A stretch of 64,000 nucleotides of DNA from an uncultured Cytophagia bacterium. Lineage in GTDB: Bacteria > Zhuqueibacterota > Zhuqueibacteria > Oceanimicrobiales > CAZGRP01. The notes beneath the pieces were generated by a model, which made no database searches, was not told where the DNA came from, and saw only the letters and a list, made by a program, of their open reading frames with translations. The number at the start of each line of letters is the position of its first letter. The stretch's first letter is position 1. Below are positions 43,415 to 53,923 of this stretch, in pieces. The stretch lies in NCBI GenBank assembly GCA_964527995.1, contig CAZGRP010000004.1, positions 20,230-84,229 on the forward strand, written 5' to 3'. A program made the position numbers and the translations under genes.

Positions 43415-44491
43415 CTACTTGGGATTCGGTGGGTCTTCTGAGGATGTGGTTGTGAGGCCGGTGGCGCTTTTGGTTGTGGCGATTTTGCTCAGCTTCTGCA
43501 GATATTTCCTGGCGCGGCGTTTCTCCTCTTTTGACAGCGGAATCGCCAGCGCCAGTTTTTTTTGAGCGTCGGCCTCCGCAAGCTTTCCGAGACGGAGGTA
43601 GCACTCGGCCATACGCGTGCGTAGCACCAGCGCATTGTAGGAGCCAAGCCGTCCCTCGTTCGTGAAAGAAAGGAGCAGCGATTTGTAGAGCTTCAAAGCC
43701 GCCTGCCAGCGCCCGAGAAGGCGATCGGTGGCCGCAGCCGTCCACATGAAAAAACGGCTGGTTGGATAGGCCGCCAATGCCTGGTGTGCCAGGCGGTTCG
43801 CCTCCGGGAGTCGCTTCTCGCTCACCAGGATCCAGGCCAGGGAGTTGATGGCCGGATATCTCGAATACGTCCCCCTCTCAGCCGCCAGCCTCACCATGCG
43901 GATTCCCTCCGCCCTCTCATCGCGGACAAACGGCAGCCAGGTGAGAAACCTGGCATATTTGCTCCGGTAGTACTTGTAGGTGCCGATACCGAGGTAAGCA
44001 TCGTAGAGCGTCGAGTCGGCAGCCAAGGCCCGCTCCAGGGCGGCGATGCTCTCCATGCCGGTGCGGAAGGCTTGGACGTACTGAGCCCTTTTCCCGTAGT
44101 AGAAGGCAAGGTAGCCCAGGCCGCCGCCGAGGAAGAAGTTACCCCAGGCACTCTCAGGGTTGCGGCGTAAAAGCTTTCTGGACTTGGTGATGGTGTGCTC
44201 CACCGCGCGCTTGAATTCCTTCTCGCGACGATAGTCCTCGTAGTCGAGCATGATGGAGTGCAGCACGGCGGCATGGAAGAAGGCGCCCGCGGGGCTGTCG
44301 GGGAAGCGCCTTTCCATCTCCCGAACGTGAAGCATGGCGGCCTCGTAGTCCTGGGTGATCACCTCCTTGATTGCAGCGCTGGCCAGTGTGTCCAGGGCAG
44401 GGGAGATGAAGCCATTGCTTTCGGGCTGTGCCGTGGCAGTCGTGACGGTGGCCCCTGTGGCGAGAAGGAAGGGGAGGAGGAACCGCCTCAT
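43415..44491 (-). CDS. Secreted TPR-like repeat protein
   Basis: Signal peptide MRRFLLPFLLATGATVTTATAQ. Helical repeat content. ATG at 44491; the longer ORF to 44965 lacks support. Confidence 0.55.
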   Translation of the reverse strand: MRRFLLPFLLATGATVTTATAQPESNGFISPALDTLASAAIKEVITQDYEAAMLHVREMERRFPDSPAGAFFHAAVLHSIMLDYEDYRREKEFKRAVEHTITKSRKLLRRNPESAWGNFFLGGGLGYLAFYYGKRAQYVQAFRTGMESIAALERALAADSTLYDAYLGIGTYKYYRSKYARFLTWLPFVRDERAEGIRMVRLAAERGTYSRYPAINSLAWILVSEKRLPEANRLAHQALAAYPTSRFFMWTAAATDRLLGRWQAALKLYKSLLLSFTNEGRLGSYNALVLRTRMAECYLRLGKLAEADAQKKLALAIPLSKEEKRRARKYLQKLSKIATTKSATGLTTTSSEDPPNPK

Positions 44492-44736
44492 GATGTTCTG
44501 TCTGGTGGATCGCCGGCCAGCAGAGGGCCGGTTGGTGAGTGTGACTCGCATGGTTGGCTGCGATTCCAGCTCATGATGGTGCATGAAAACCGCCCGAGCG
44601 ATAGCTGGCAGTCGAGCTCGCCGAGGCCTGGATTCAAGATATACCAGCTCTAGAGTGAATATAGGCTTTTGGGTCAAAAAAGCAAGGATGAAAGGGCAGA
44701 GGGAACATCCGACAGGCCGAGCTTGGCAAGAAAACG

Positions 44737-44765
44737 TTGACAAACTTCGCTTGTTTCCGTATATT
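44737..44765 (+). promoter_or_regulatory. Sigma-70-type promoter TTGACA-N17-TATATT upstream of sigma-factor gene
   Basis: -35 at 44737-44742 and -10 at 44760-44765. ~60 nt before GTG 44828, which has AAGGAG 5 nt upstream. Confidence 0.55.
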
Positions 44766-44827
44766 AACAGGTTGAACCAGCTACCCACCTCCTTTCTGGT
44801 CCAACCGAAGCAGCAGAAGGAGTCCTT

Positions 44828-45685
44828 GTGGCAAAACTCACCAGTGGCAGTCGCAGTCGAAGTGAGCAGTCTCTCGAACGCTACCTCCAAGAAATTGGAG
44901 AAGTTCCACTCCTGACACCTGAGGAAGAGATTGAGCTGGCGAAGCGGATCAAGAAGGGGGACCACGAGGCACTTGAAAAACTCACCAAGGCCAACCTGCG
45001 GTTCGTGGTCAGCGTCGCCAAGCAGTATCAGAATCAGGGGCTTTCCCTGGGTGATTTGATCAACGAGGGCAACCTCGGCCTCATCAAAGCCGCCAACCGC
45101 TTTGATGAGACACGCGGCTTCAAGTTTATCTCCTATGCCGTCTGGTGGATCCGCCAGTCCATCCTCCAGGCCCTGGCCGAACAGTCCCGCGTGGTTCGGC
45201 TGCCGCTGAACCGCGTCGGCGCACTCAACAAAATCGGTAAGGCTCTGAGTGCGCTGGAACAGGAGTTCGAGCGCGAGCCTTCGGCGGCGGAGATCGCCGA
45301 TGAGTTGGACATGACGCCCTACGAGGTTTCGGACACCCTAAAGATTTCCGGCAAGCACCTTTCCCTCGATGCTCCCTTCAACCAGGACGAAGAGAGTCGA
45401 CTGCTCGACGTCCTGGCGAGCAATGAACTTCCCTCCCCAGATAACCGCCTGATGCGCGAGTCCCTCAAGATCGAGGTCGAACGCGCTCTGGCGAGTCTCA
45501 CCCCGAGAGAGGCGGAGGTCGTAAAACTCTATTTTGGTCTGGGTCGGGAACATCCCCTGACCCTCGAGGAAATCGGCGAGCGATTCAACCTGACGCGGGA
45601 ACGCGTACGGCAGATCAAAGAGAAGGCGATTCGCAGGCTTCGCCACGCCTCACGCAGCAAACCACTGCGGAGCTATCTCGGCTAG
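44828..45685 (+). CDS. RNA polymerase sigma-70-family factor, short RpoD-like (regions 1.2-4, no region 1.1)
   Basis: [18 protein letters not shown] (region 2), [10 protein letters not shown] (2.4), [25 protein letters not shown] (region 4.2). Confidence 0.85.
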   Translation: MAKLTSGSRSRSEQSLERYLQEIGEVPLLTPEEEIELAKRIKKGDHEALEKLTKANLRFVVSVAKQYQNQGLSLGDLINEGNLGLIKAANRFDETRGFKFISYAVWWIRQSILQALAEQSRVVRLPLNRVGALNKIGKALSALEQEFEREPSAAEIADELDMTPYEVSDTLKISGKHLSLDAPFNQDEESRLLDVLASNELPSPDNRLMRESLKIEVERALASLTPREAEVVKLYFGLGREHPLTLEEIGERFNLTRERVRQIKEKAIRRLRHASRSKPLRSYLG

Positions 45686-45784
45686 TCAAGAATCGGTACG
45701 CTATATCTTAGGGTAATGGTTTGAGAGTCACCACGCGGTGAAATACAAACTTTTTCGTTGCTGCAATACCCGCCGATTTTTCTC

Positions 45785-45813
45785 TTGACAAGTGGTGAAC
45801 CGGTTATTATATT
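45785..45813 (+). promoter_or_regulatory. Sigma-70-type promoter TTGACA-N17-TATATT
   Basis: Same architecture as the promoter at 44737. Upstream of the M23 peptidase gene. Confidence 0.5.
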
Positions 45814-46009
45814 ACGGCTCGACTCTTAGCGCACGCTTCATCAAATCCTGCCGCAGTTAGAGGAAACGAGGTAGTTTCCGAACCATTGATCACCGTTTTG
45901 GCAAGGCCCTCTTTCGCCCTGGGGACGGCGAGCCGGCCGGTTGCGCCGCAGGTGTGGGGAATGCTTTGTGTGGAGGATTCCGGGTCCACAGATGGAGGAA
46001 GGAAAGGTG

Positions 46010-46933
46010 ATGCGCCACAAGAAGATCAAGGTGATCTACTACTCGCTGCGGGGCTCAGAGTCATCAGAGGTCAATTTCACCTGGGGCAAGTTCGTGGCTT
46101 TGATGGCGGCCGTTTTGGTCGTGGCACTGGTGGTCAGTGCCGGCCTGCTGAGCCTGCTAACGGATGTTTTCCATGATGTTCGAGTCGCTTCCCTGAAAAG
46201 GGAAAATGAAGTCCTCCAGCAGCGTTACAGCGAAATCGGTGCAAAACTCACCCGCATCGAATCACGCCTCAAGTACCTCGAAAAGCAAGACGATGACCTG
46301 AGAATATTCGCAGACCTGCCAAAGCTGGACAAGGATGTTCTCGAGGTTGGAACCGGAGGCTACGTTCGTGAGGCGAGCTACGATCCGGCCCCGCTACCGG
46401 ATGCTCTGAGCCAGGAGATCTCTGAGTTTGCGTCACTGGCCGACAAGATGGAAAGACAGATCGAGCTGTTCGTCGAAAGCCGGCGCGAGATCGACCAGAA
46501 GCTTGCCGAGGAGAACCAGAGGATTAAACATACGCCCACCATCCGACCCATCATCGGCGGCCGGATCACCGACAAGTTCGGTATGCGTATCGATCCTTTC
46601 TTGTCTCAGCGCCGCCATCACGACGGCATCGATATCGCCGTGGTGGAAGGGACCGAGGTCTATGCTTCGGCCGATGGCGTTGTCGAGCGGGTCGTGCGCC
46701 GAGCCAAGCCGAACCGTGGATACGGCAAGCAAGTTATTATCAACCACGGTTACGGCGTGCGGACGCGCTACGGGCATCTGTCAAAAATCCTCGTGCGCCA
46801 GGGCCAGAAAGTGAGTCGCTGGGACCCGATCGGCTTGGTTGGAGAAACCGGCCGCGCCACTGGGCCACATCTCCACTACGAAGTCATCGTCGACGGAAAG
46901 CCGCTGGACCCCTTCAAGTACATTCTGAATTGA
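46010..46933 (+). CDS. M23-family peptidase (LytM domain) with N-terminal TM and coiled-coil
   Basis: HDGIDIAVVEGTEVYASADG and GPHLHYEV metal-binding motifs. GGAAAGGTGA RBS before ATG 46010. Confidence 0.8.
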   Translation: MRHKKIKVIYYSLRGSESSEVNFTWGKFVALMAAVLVVALVVSAGLLSLLTDVFHDVRVASLKRENEVLQQRYSEIGAKLTRIESRLKYLEKQDDDLRIFADLPKLDKDVLEVGTGGYVREASYDPAPLPDALSQEISEFASLADKMERQIELFVESRREIDQKLAEENQRIKHTPTIRPIIGGRITDKFGMRIDPFLSQRRHHDGIDIAVVEGTEVYASADGVVERVVRRAKPNRGYGKQVIINHGYGVRTRYGHLSKILVRQGQKVSRWDPIGLVGETGRATGPHLHYEVIVDGKPLDPFKYILN

Positions 46934-47012
46934 CCTGATTTCCACCGGCGGCGCGAAAACGGTCCGGTGAGGGAACTTTCATCGGCCGGTTGGAGTCCAT
47001 AAAAGCGGATTC

Positions 47013-47373
47013 GGGGACGACATGGCTTCGACGGGGGTCGAGGAGCCAAGAACTGCATGCCGAGGTTTCCTGGAACCTCGTAAAACACCAGGAGCCCAAA
47101 TTAAACGCAGACAATTATGCGTATGCCCTGGCTGCCTAATTAATTAGTGCAGCCCGCCTTGCCTGGCGAGGCCACCTAGCCAGGTTCGGCGCCGGTAGCG
47201 GTGGCTAGCCAGCAGCTTCTGCCTGAGGGCTGCAGGCGAAACTCAATCGGGCTGGCTTTGAAACAGCTTTGCCTGTTGTGCTGTTCAAAGCGAGATAGAA
47301 CAACAGACTAAGCATGTAGAGGTTCTTGGGGACTGGCCTTCGGACGTGGGTTCGATTCCCACCGTCTCCACCA
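47013..47373 (+). ncRNA. ssrA: tmRNA (SsrA)
   Basis: 5' GGGGACGACATGGCTTCGACGGG...GCATGCCGAGG...CCTCGTAAAA. Tag ORF gca gac aat tat gcg tat gcc ctg gct gcc TAA, encoding ...ADNYAYALAA. 3' tRNA-like arm GGGTTCGATTCCCACCGTCTCCACCA. Confidence 0.85.
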
Positions 47374-47382
47374 GCTTTGTAG

Positions 47383-47433
47383 AAAGCCACACTGGGTGCT
47401 TAGGCTGGCAGCCGGTGTGGCTTTCTTTCTTTC
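47383..47433 (+). terminator. Rho-independent terminator after ssrA
   Basis: aaagccacac ... gtgtggcttt stem followed by tctttctttc. Confidence 0.6.
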
Positions 47434-47670
47434 AGGAGAGCTGCAATATCCGTTCTGTGTTCGAGGCAGGCAACCTTGTTCGTCGCGCGCCCAGGCCTGC
47501 CGGGAACGGCATGAAACCATTTGCATTCAGAGACTGAAATGCGTACTTTTGCGAGCGCATTCGGCAGGCCTGTGTCACCGGCGGCCACTTTGCCGCGGGC
47601 GAGTGCGGGGGCTTTTGCAGGATTCGGCCTTCGGTGAACTGCTTAGTGCGTGGGTGATAGGAGGAATCCG

Positions 47671-48726
47671 ATGCTTGATGTCGGGTGTTTGCCGGGCCTG
47701 AGCGGCCTTTATCATCTTTCCAATGCGCGTACGCGGTCGGTATCGGCTGAGAATCCAACTGGGGAAAAGGGTGGAGGTGCGCGTGCCGAGCCGCAGGCCG
47801 GCAGTCCCGCCGCACGACTGGGGAAAGGCTGGAAGGTGCGGCCGTGTCTGGAGCACATCCCCGCTGGCGGAACAGTCACCCTCGCCGATCTGCGCGGTCC
47901 GGGGGTCATCCAGCATATCTGGATCACCACTGATGTGAAAGTCTATAGAGACGGTGTACTGCGGTTCTACTGGGATGAGGAGCCTCATCCTTCTGTGGAG
48001 GTACCGGTAGGCGATTTTTTCGCCAACGGGCATGGCATGCGGTACGGTGTAAATTCACTGCCGGTCTGCGTCAATCCCTCCGGCGGTTTCAACTGCTATT
48101 GGCCGATGCCTTTTCGCAAGCGTGCCCGTGTGACCTTCGAAAACCAGCATCGCGACGAACTCCCTTTTTTGTTCTATCAAATCACCTATGCGGAGACCGA
48201 CATCGGCGAGGCTGCGGCCACTTTCCATGCTCAATGGCGGCGTTCCCTGACATCGCGCCAGCGGCCCGAGCACGTCTTGGTGGATGACATCCGCGGCAAG
48301 GGCCACTACGTCGGCACGCATCTGTCATGGACACAGCTTTCAGACGGCTGGTGGGGGGAAGGCGAGTTCAAATTCTACATCGATGGCGACGAAGAGTATC
48401 CCACCATCTGCGGCACGGGCACCGAAGACTACTTCGGTGGCGCCTGGTGCTTCGGAGAGACCTATTCCACTCCTTTTCTGGGCTACCCGCTCTGGCGCAA
48501 GGAGCCAGGATCGGTTCCGAAGCATGCCATGTACCGCTGGCACATTCTCGATCCCATTCGTTTTGAGCGGGATCTGCGCGTTACCGTGCAGGCCCTCGGC
48601 TGGTGGCCCGATCATACGTTTCAGCCGCTGACTGACGACATCGCCTCGGTCGCCTACTGGTATCAGAGTGAGCCTCATGTGCCTTTTCCGCCGTTGCCAC
48701 CGCCACAAGTTCGCTGGCCGCGCTGA
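47671..48726 (+). CDS. DUF2961-like protein (possible GH172-family glycoside hydrolase)
   Basis: Motifs SAENPTGEKGGG, ICGTGTEDYFGGAW and HAMYRWH recalled from DUF2961. AGGAGG 8 nt before the ATG. Confidence 0.5.
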   Translation: MLDVGCLPGLSGLYHLSNARTRSVSAENPTGEKGGGARAEPQAGSPAARLGKGWKVRPCLEHIPAGGTVTLADLRGPGVIQHIWITTDVKVYRDGVLRFYWDEEPHPSVEVPVGDFFANGHGMRYGVNSLPVCVNPSGGFNCYWPMPFRKRARVTFENQHRDELPFLFYQITYAETDIGEAAATFHAQWRRSLTSRQRPEHVLVDDIRGKGHYVGTHLSWTQLSDGWWGEGEFKFYIDGDEEYPTICGTGTEDYFGGAWCFGETYSTPFLGYPLWRKEPGSVPKHAMYRWHILDPIRFERDLRVTVQALGWWPDHTFQPLTDDIASVAYWYQSEPHVPFPPLPPPQVRWPR

Positions 48727-48901
48727 CATAGCGTTCCCACCCGGGTGGAAAGCGGGGGATGCACCCAAAGAAGCCGGAATCCGGCGGTTTCTGTAGCAGC
48801 CAGTGGGGCGCTGGTAGACGCACTTCCAGGAGGTCCGAACTGCAGCCCTGCTGTGGGCGTAAGTGGACTGAGTGGCATCCTCAGAATCAAGGAATGGCAA
48901 A

Positions 48902-50686
48902 ATGCCGGCAAAAGAGGTGAAGGGAGCAACCAAGAGGAGAGCGAAGGCGGACCCAGACAAGGCCGAACTTGCCCGCTTGCGTCGAGAAAACCAGTTGTTG
49001 GCCAAGCGGGCGCGAGCGACCAGGCGTATGGCCGACATGATGTCGGCGACTATCCGGCAGCTCGAGGCCATCAACGACCTGAACAAGTATCTCGGCGCCA
49101 TTTGGGACCTGGACAAGATTTTCGCCGAAACCATCCGCCTGTTGCGCCAGCAGATTCCTGTGGACGCAGCCTGGTTCTTCCTTTGGGACAAGACGGAGGA
49201 GACACTTCGACTCCGCGCCCAATACGGCGGCGGCAACGGTCTCACGGCGGAACTGGACCCCACCGTTCAGAGTGTGGCCGGCATCATCGTTGGGCAAAGT
49301 AAGGTCGAAGCCGCGCGTGAAATCTCACTGGTCAATCAGTCGCTGGCCGAACGCCTGTCTCGCTCTCTCATGGCGCTGGCCCTTCGCTACAAGCAAACGG
49401 CAGTGGGGGCGCTGGTCCTGCTGAGCCGGGAAGGAGCCATCTTTTCCCGTGCAGATCGGAGATTCAGTGAGAAGGTGGCCAACCAGGTGACTCTGGCGAT
49501 CCAGCGTGGCTTGTTGATCACCAAGTTCATCGATAAGAACGAGCGGCTGGCAGCGGCAAACGAAGAGCTGAATCGCGCCAAGGAACGCCTCAGCGAATGG
49601 AACCGCAATCTCGAGCAGGCCGTCGAAGAGCGGACTCACGAGCTGCGCACCTGGCACGATTTCTTGCAATCGGTCATCGACGGCTTGAGTGACGCCATTC
49701 TGATCGTCAACCGTGACCACCAGGTTCTGTTTGCCAACAGGGCCGCCAAACGCCTGGCAGAGATCGCGGCCGATTCTCTGGGCCGGTGCTACAACCGCGA
49801 CGCCGATGACCCCTGCCATTGCACGGATTGCCCCACAGCTCGCACTTTCTCGACCGGTGAGATTGGTCATACCTCCTACAGCGCTGTCGGTGGCGACGGG
49901 ATGCAGCGCTACTACGAGATGTGGACGTATCCGATCCGAGGCAAGAGCGGTGTGGTCGACCGTGTTATCGAAATCGTGCGCGATGTGTCGGAGCAGAAGT
50001 GGCTTGAGGCCCAGCTTGTGCAGGCGGAAAAGATGGCCTCCCTGGGCGAAGTGGCCAGCGGCATCGCTCATGAGATTCGCAACCCTCTCACCGGAATCAA
50101 ACTGGGCTTGAACGTCCTCAAGAATGAGCTGGACGGTGATTCAACCAAGCTGCAAGTGATGGAGCGCATCGCCCGCGACATCGACATGCTCGATCGCGTT
50201 GTGACCCAGATGCTCGAGTTTACGCGCCAGCGCGAAGTTCGCAAGGAGAGCTGCCAGCTTCTCGACGTGCTGGATAAGGCCACCTTCTACGTCAGCAAAC
50301 AAGCCCGTGACCACGGCATCGTGATTCACCGGGAGTTCAGCCCGACGCCGCCGATTCAGGTGGACCCGATTCTTATCCAGCAAGTTTTCTTGAATCTCCT
50401 GCTGAACGCAGTTCAGGCTATGCCATCGGGCGGCGACCTCTACCTTTCGGTCCGGACTCGGCATGCGCCGGACGGGATTGAAGTCGTCATCCGGGACACC
50501 GGCCCGGGGATTCCGGCGGCCAACAGGGCTCGCATCTTTCAACCGTTCTTTTCCACCAAACCGGGGGGAACCGGTCTGGGTGTACCGATTTCGGAACGCA
50601 TCGTCCGCGACCACGGGGGGCAGTTGCGCATCGATAGTGAGCCTGGCCGGGGTACTTCGGTCATCATCTTTCTACCCGAACAATGA
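48902..50686 (+). CDS. Cytoplasmic sensor histidine kinase (GAF-PAS-HisKA-HATPase_c), NtrB-like
   Basis: H-box EVASGIAHEIRNPL. N, G1, G2 boxes (LLLNAVQAM, RDTGPGIP, GTGLGVPI). No TM segments. The ORF begins at GTG 48872. Confidence 0.8.
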   Translation: MPAKEVKGATKRRAKADPDKAELARLRRENQLLAKRARATRRMADMMSATIRQLEAINDLNKYLGAIWDLDKIFAETIRLLRQQIPVDAAWFFLWDKTEETLRLRAQYGGGNGLTAELDPTVQSVAGIIVGQSKVEAAREISLVNQSLAERLSRSLMALALRYKQTAVGALVLLSREGAIFSRADRRFSEKVANQVTLAIQRGLLITKFIDKNERLAAANEELNRAKERLSEWNRNLEQAVEERTHELRTWHDFLQSVIDGLSDAILIVNRDHQVLFANRAAKRLAEIAADSLGRCYNRDADDPCHCTDCPTARTFSTGEIGHTSYSAVGGDGMQRYYEMWTYPIRGKSGVVDRVIEIVRDVSEQKWLEAQLVQAEKMASLGEVASGIAHEIRNPLTGIKLGLNVLKNELDGDSTKLQVMERIARDIDMLDRVVTQMLEFTRQREVRKESCQLLDVLDKATFYVSKQARDHGIVIHREFSPTPPIQVDPILIQQVFLNLLLNAVQAMPSGGDLYLSVRTRHAPDGIEVVIRDTGPGIPAANRARIFQPFFSTKPGGTGLGVPISERIVRDHGGQLRIDSEPGRGTSVIIFLPEQ

Positions 50687-52107
50687 GCGCATCGAGTCAC
50701 AAGCAGATCCTGATCGTCGACGACGAAGACAACATCCGCGAGTTCCTTTCGGTCTCCTTCGTGCGCGAGGGCTTCATCGTCCATACCGCCGAGTCGGGTG
50801 CCGTGGCGGAGGAGCTGTTTCAGGCATACGTCCCGGACATCGTGATCCTTGATGTTCGTCTGCCGAACCAGCACGGGCTGGATGTGTTGCGACGCATGCT
50901 CGAATTCAATCGCGACACCATGATCATCATGATCACGGCGTACGGCGACATCAAAACGGCTGTGGAGGCGATGAAGGCAGGGGCTGCGGACTACATCAGC
51001 AAGCCGTTCGACTTTGAGGAGATCCAGCTGGCCGTGGAAAGGGCGCTCCATGTTCAGGCCCTCAAGAACAAGCTCGCCGTTCTGGAGTCGCAGTCTGCCT
51101 CCTACGCCGACATGATCGGTGTCAGCGATCGCATGCGCCAGGTTTTTGCCACCATCGAGCGTGTGGCCGAAACGCCTGACTCCACGGTGCTCATCATGGG
51201 CGAGAGTGGCACTGGAAAGGAACTGGTAGCCCGGGCGATCCACAAGAGAAGCAGGCGGCACGAGAATCCTTTTGTGGCTGTCAACTGTTCCAGCTTGAAG
51301 GAACAGTTGCTGGAGAGCGAGCTGTTCGGTCATGAACGCGGCGCTTTCACCGATGCCCGGGAGCGAAAGAGGGGTCTCTTTGAGGTCGCTGACGGCGGCA
51401 CGATCTTCCTGGACGAAATCGGCGACATGGACGTCCGTTTGCAGTCCCAGCTTCTGCGCGTGCTGGAGGAGAGGGTTTTCCGGCGGGTCGGTGGCACCCG
51501 CGACATTCCCGTGGACGTACGGGTGATCGCCGCAACCAACAAGGATCTCCGGCAGGAGGTGGACGCCGGCCGGTTTCGCGACGATCTTTTCTATCGCCTC
51601 AGCGTGGTGCCTGTGGCGATTCCACCCTTGCGCGAGCGCAAAGAGGACGTACCTCCTCTGGTACGGTACTTCATCGAGGAGTTCAATCGCAAGTTGAGCC
51701 GGTCGATCCGCGGCATCACACCGGACGCGCTGAATGCGCTGATCATCTACGAATGGCCTGGAAACGTGCGCGAACTTCGAAATGTTATCGAAAGGATCGC
51801 CATTCTTGAGAATCCCGAGTTGATCCGCCTGGAGCACCTTCCGGTGGAGATCGCTCGCCGCGATGAGAGTGGATCCGGAGCGGCCGATGCCCTGGTGCAA
51901 CTGCCCTACCATGAAGCCAAGGCCCAGATGCTGGAAACGTTCGAGCGCCGTTATCTGCTCGGGTTGTTGCATCGTTATGGCGGCAACGTCTCCAAATGCG
52001 CCGAAGTAGCCGGTATCGATCGCAGTAGCTTTCATCGGCTACTGAAAAAGCACAGGATCGACTCAACGGCGTTTCGTTCCAGCACGACCGAACGGACTCT
52101 TCAGTGA
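50683..52107 (+). CDS. Sigma-54-dependent response regulator (REC-AAA+-HTH, NtrC family)
   Basis: REC domain with [20 protein letters not shown] Walker A. GAFTDA GAFTGA-like sigma-54 contact motif. C-terminal Fis-type HTH. Confidence 0.85.
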   Translation: MSASSHKQILIVDDEDNIREFLSVSFVREGFIVHTAESGAVAEELFQAYVPDIVILDVRLPNQHGLDVLRRMLEFNRDTMIIMITAYGDIKTAVEAMKAGAADYISKPFDFEEIQLAVERALHVQALKNKLAVLESQSASYADMIGVSDRMRQVFATIERVAETPDSTVLIMGESGTGKELVARAIHKRSRRHENPFVAVNCSSLKEQLLESELFGHERGAFTDARERKRGLFEVADGGTIFLDEIGDMDVRLQSQLLRVLEERVFRRVGGTRDIPVDVRVIAATNKDLRQEVDAGRFRDDLFYRLSVVPVAIPPLRERKEDVPPLVRYFIEEFNRKLSRSIRGITPDALNALIIYEWPGNVRELRNVIERIAILENPELIRLEHLPVEIARRDESGSGAADALVQLPYHEAKAQMLETFERRYLLGLLHRYGGNVSKCAEVAGIDRSSFHRLLKKHRIDSTAFRSSTTERTLQ

Positions 52108-52114
52108 GGCCACA

Positions 52115-52134
52115 CTGTGGCGCTGGCGCCACAG
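52115..52134 (+). terminator. Short perfect hairpin after sigma-54 regulator gene (no U-tract)
   Basis: ctgtggcgc-tg-gcgccacag. Confidence 0.3.
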
Positions 52135-52207
52135 ACCGTAACTCGTGAGGAAACAAGGTGGAGTGTTTCTGGTGTTGTAGGCACGCCACAGTCGTCTGAA
52201 TATTTCG

Positions 52208-52236
52208 TTGACAATGGCCTTTTCCTCACTTTTATT
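52208..52236 (+). promoter_or_regulatory. Sigma-70-type promoter TTGACA-N17-TTTATT upstream of ferredoxin-sigma operon
   Basis: -35 at 52208-52213 and -10 at 52231-52236. Confidence 0.45.
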
Positions 52237-52391
52237 TCGCTGTTTTCGCCCCATTCTAGCCCATCACAGGCGGCCCTACGCAAGGAGCGTGGTACGGTGA
52301 TTGCCTTCCTTCCAGTGATCAATCATGGAGAGTGCTGGTCCGCGATTCTCCGGTAGAAGACGAGCATCTTTACAAGGGAGGTGAACGTATC

Positions 52392-52670
52392 ATGACCTAC
52401 ATCATTGCCGAGCCATGCGTGGGCGTTCGCGATCGGGCCTGCGTGGACGTGTGTCCTGTGGACTGTATCTATGAGGTCGAGGACACGCAACTCGAACCGG
52501 ATGACGAAGCCTACAAGGAAATGCTGTACATCCATCCGGAGGAGTGCATCGACTGTGGCGCCTGCGAGCCCGAGTGCCCGGTTGAAGCCATCTTCCCCGA
52601 GGACGAGGTCCCGGAGAAGTGGGAAGCCTACATCGACTACAACTACAAAGCCTTTGGGTTGAGCCGTTGA
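52392..52670 (+). CDS. Ferredoxin (two-cluster, 7Fe/8Fe-type)
   Basis: MTYIIAEPC...[10 protein letters not shown]...[21 protein letters not shown]. Confidence 0.8.
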   Translation: MTYIIAEPCVGVRDRACVDVCPVDCIYEVEDTQLEPDDEAYKEMLYIHPEECIDCGACEPECPVEAIFPEDEVPEKWEAYIDYNYKAFGLSR

Positions 52671-52714
52671 CGTTGGTGATGTTACGGACGACAATCCGGG
52701 CGAGGTGAGGTTTT

Positions 52715-53575
52715 GTGGCAAGAGGTCAGCGGGGAAGCCGCGAGTATATCGACGAAGGATTCCGCCGCTACATGCGGGAGATCCAGGATTTTCCGGTTCT
52801 CACTCGGGCCGAGGAACAGCTTCTGATCCGCAAGGCCAAAGAGGGCGATCGGAAGGCGGCGGAACGGCTGATTGTCAGCAATTTGCGCTTCGTGGTCACG
52901 ATTGCCAATGAGTACAAGGATCGCGGAGTGCCGATGCTGGACTTGATCAGCCAGGGCAACCTCGGCCTGATAAAGGCGCTGGAGACGTTCGATCCGTCCA
53001 GAGGGCTGAAGTTCATCACGTATGCCGTCTGGTGGATCCGGCAGGCGATGCTGCAAGCCATCGCCGATCACTCCAGGGTGGTGCGAATACCCCAGAACCG
53101 ACTTGCCACCATGCGTCGGATTGAAATGGCCCGCCGAGAGCTTCAAAAGGTACACCAGCGCGACCCTGTGACCGAGGAAATCGGCCAGTCGCTTGGAATG
53201 GGTTCCGACGAAGTCCTCGATACCCTTCGGCTCATCCACACTGAAGTCTCCCTCGAGCAGACGCTCCAGGGCGAAAGCGATAGCCAGCTGAAGGAGCTGA
53301 TCGCCAATCCAACGTCACCTCGTCCGGATGATCGCGTCAACGCTGAATCTTTGGGACAGGATTTGCAGGACGCTTTGAGTCTGCTCAGCGACCGCGAGGC
53401 GACAATCTTGCGGCTTTACTATGGTTTGGAAAACGAGCAGGCACACTCTCTCGGCACGATCGGAGAGCGTTTTAATCTGTCACGGGAGAGAATACGGCAG
53501 ATACGCGATCAGGCCTTGAGGAAGCTCCGCCTTTCGGCGGACATCATCGCCCGCCTCCGAGAATACCTCGGCTGA
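52715..53575 (+). CDS. RNA polymerase sigma-70-family factor, short RpoD-like paralog (~50% identical to 44828-45685)
   Basis: [56 protein letters not shown] start 44 nt after the ferredoxin stop. Confidence 0.85.
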   Translation: MARGQRGSREYIDEGFRRYMREIQDFPVLTRAEEQLLIRKAKEGDRKAAERLIVSNLRFVVTIANEYKDRGVPMLDLISQGNLGLIKALETFDPSRGLKFITYAVWWIRQAMLQAIADHSRVVRIPQNRLATMRRIEMARRELQKVHQRDPVTEEIGQSLGMGSDEVLDTLRLIHTEVSLEQTLQGESDSQLKELIANPTSPRPDDRVNAESLGQDLQDALSLLSDREATILRLYYGLENEQAHSLGTIGERFNLSRERIRQIRDQALRKLRLSADIIARLREYLG

Positions 53576-53587
53576 CCCTCGCGGATT

Positions 53588-53875
53588 TCACTTCTTCTTG
53601 AACAGTTCTTCCAGCTTGCGCCGAGCCTGCTGCTGGCGGTCGGAAGGAGCAGGGTGCGGCGTTTTGGCATGCGGACGGAAGTAGTCACAGAAGTTGCCGG
53701 TCTCTTTGTCGCTGACCCAGGCGGCTTGCGGCTCACGGCACTGGTTGTGGGCGTTCGGGTCGTAGAAGTCACAATTGAGGCACACGTGCAGGTAGGCAGT
53801 GCAATGGGGGCAGGTCTCCTGCCGGCCAGGCTTTCCCGTGAGCGGGACTTCAGTCCCGCAGCGGTAGCAGATCAT
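53588..53875 (-). CDS. Cys-rich zinc-ribbon protein, hypothetical
   Basis: CYRCG...CPHC...CLNC...C...C, eight Cys. Basic C-terminus. Convergent with the sigma gene. Confidence 0.55.
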   Translation of the reverse strand: MICYRCGTEVPLTGKPGRQETCPHCTAYLHVCLNCDFYDPNAHNQCREPQAAWVSDKETGNFCDYFRPHAKTPHPAPSDRQQQARRKLEELFKKK

Positions 53876-53923
53876 CCCGCCTTCCGTGCGCAAGGTTGCG
53901 CGTCTTATGGATGGGGTAGAGTT

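Noticed and set aside
43415-44965. Full-length 516-aa version of the TPR protein ORF
   Set aside because: The N-terminal 158 codons have no RBS and precede a clear signal peptide beginning at the internal ATG (44491). The extension also overlaps the sigma-factor promoter region.
48885-48900. TGGCAAAATGCCGGCA as sigma-54 promoter candidate
   Set aside because: The -12 element is CGGC rather than TTGC, and it lies inside the likely 5' end of the histidine-kinase ORF. Judged a chance match.
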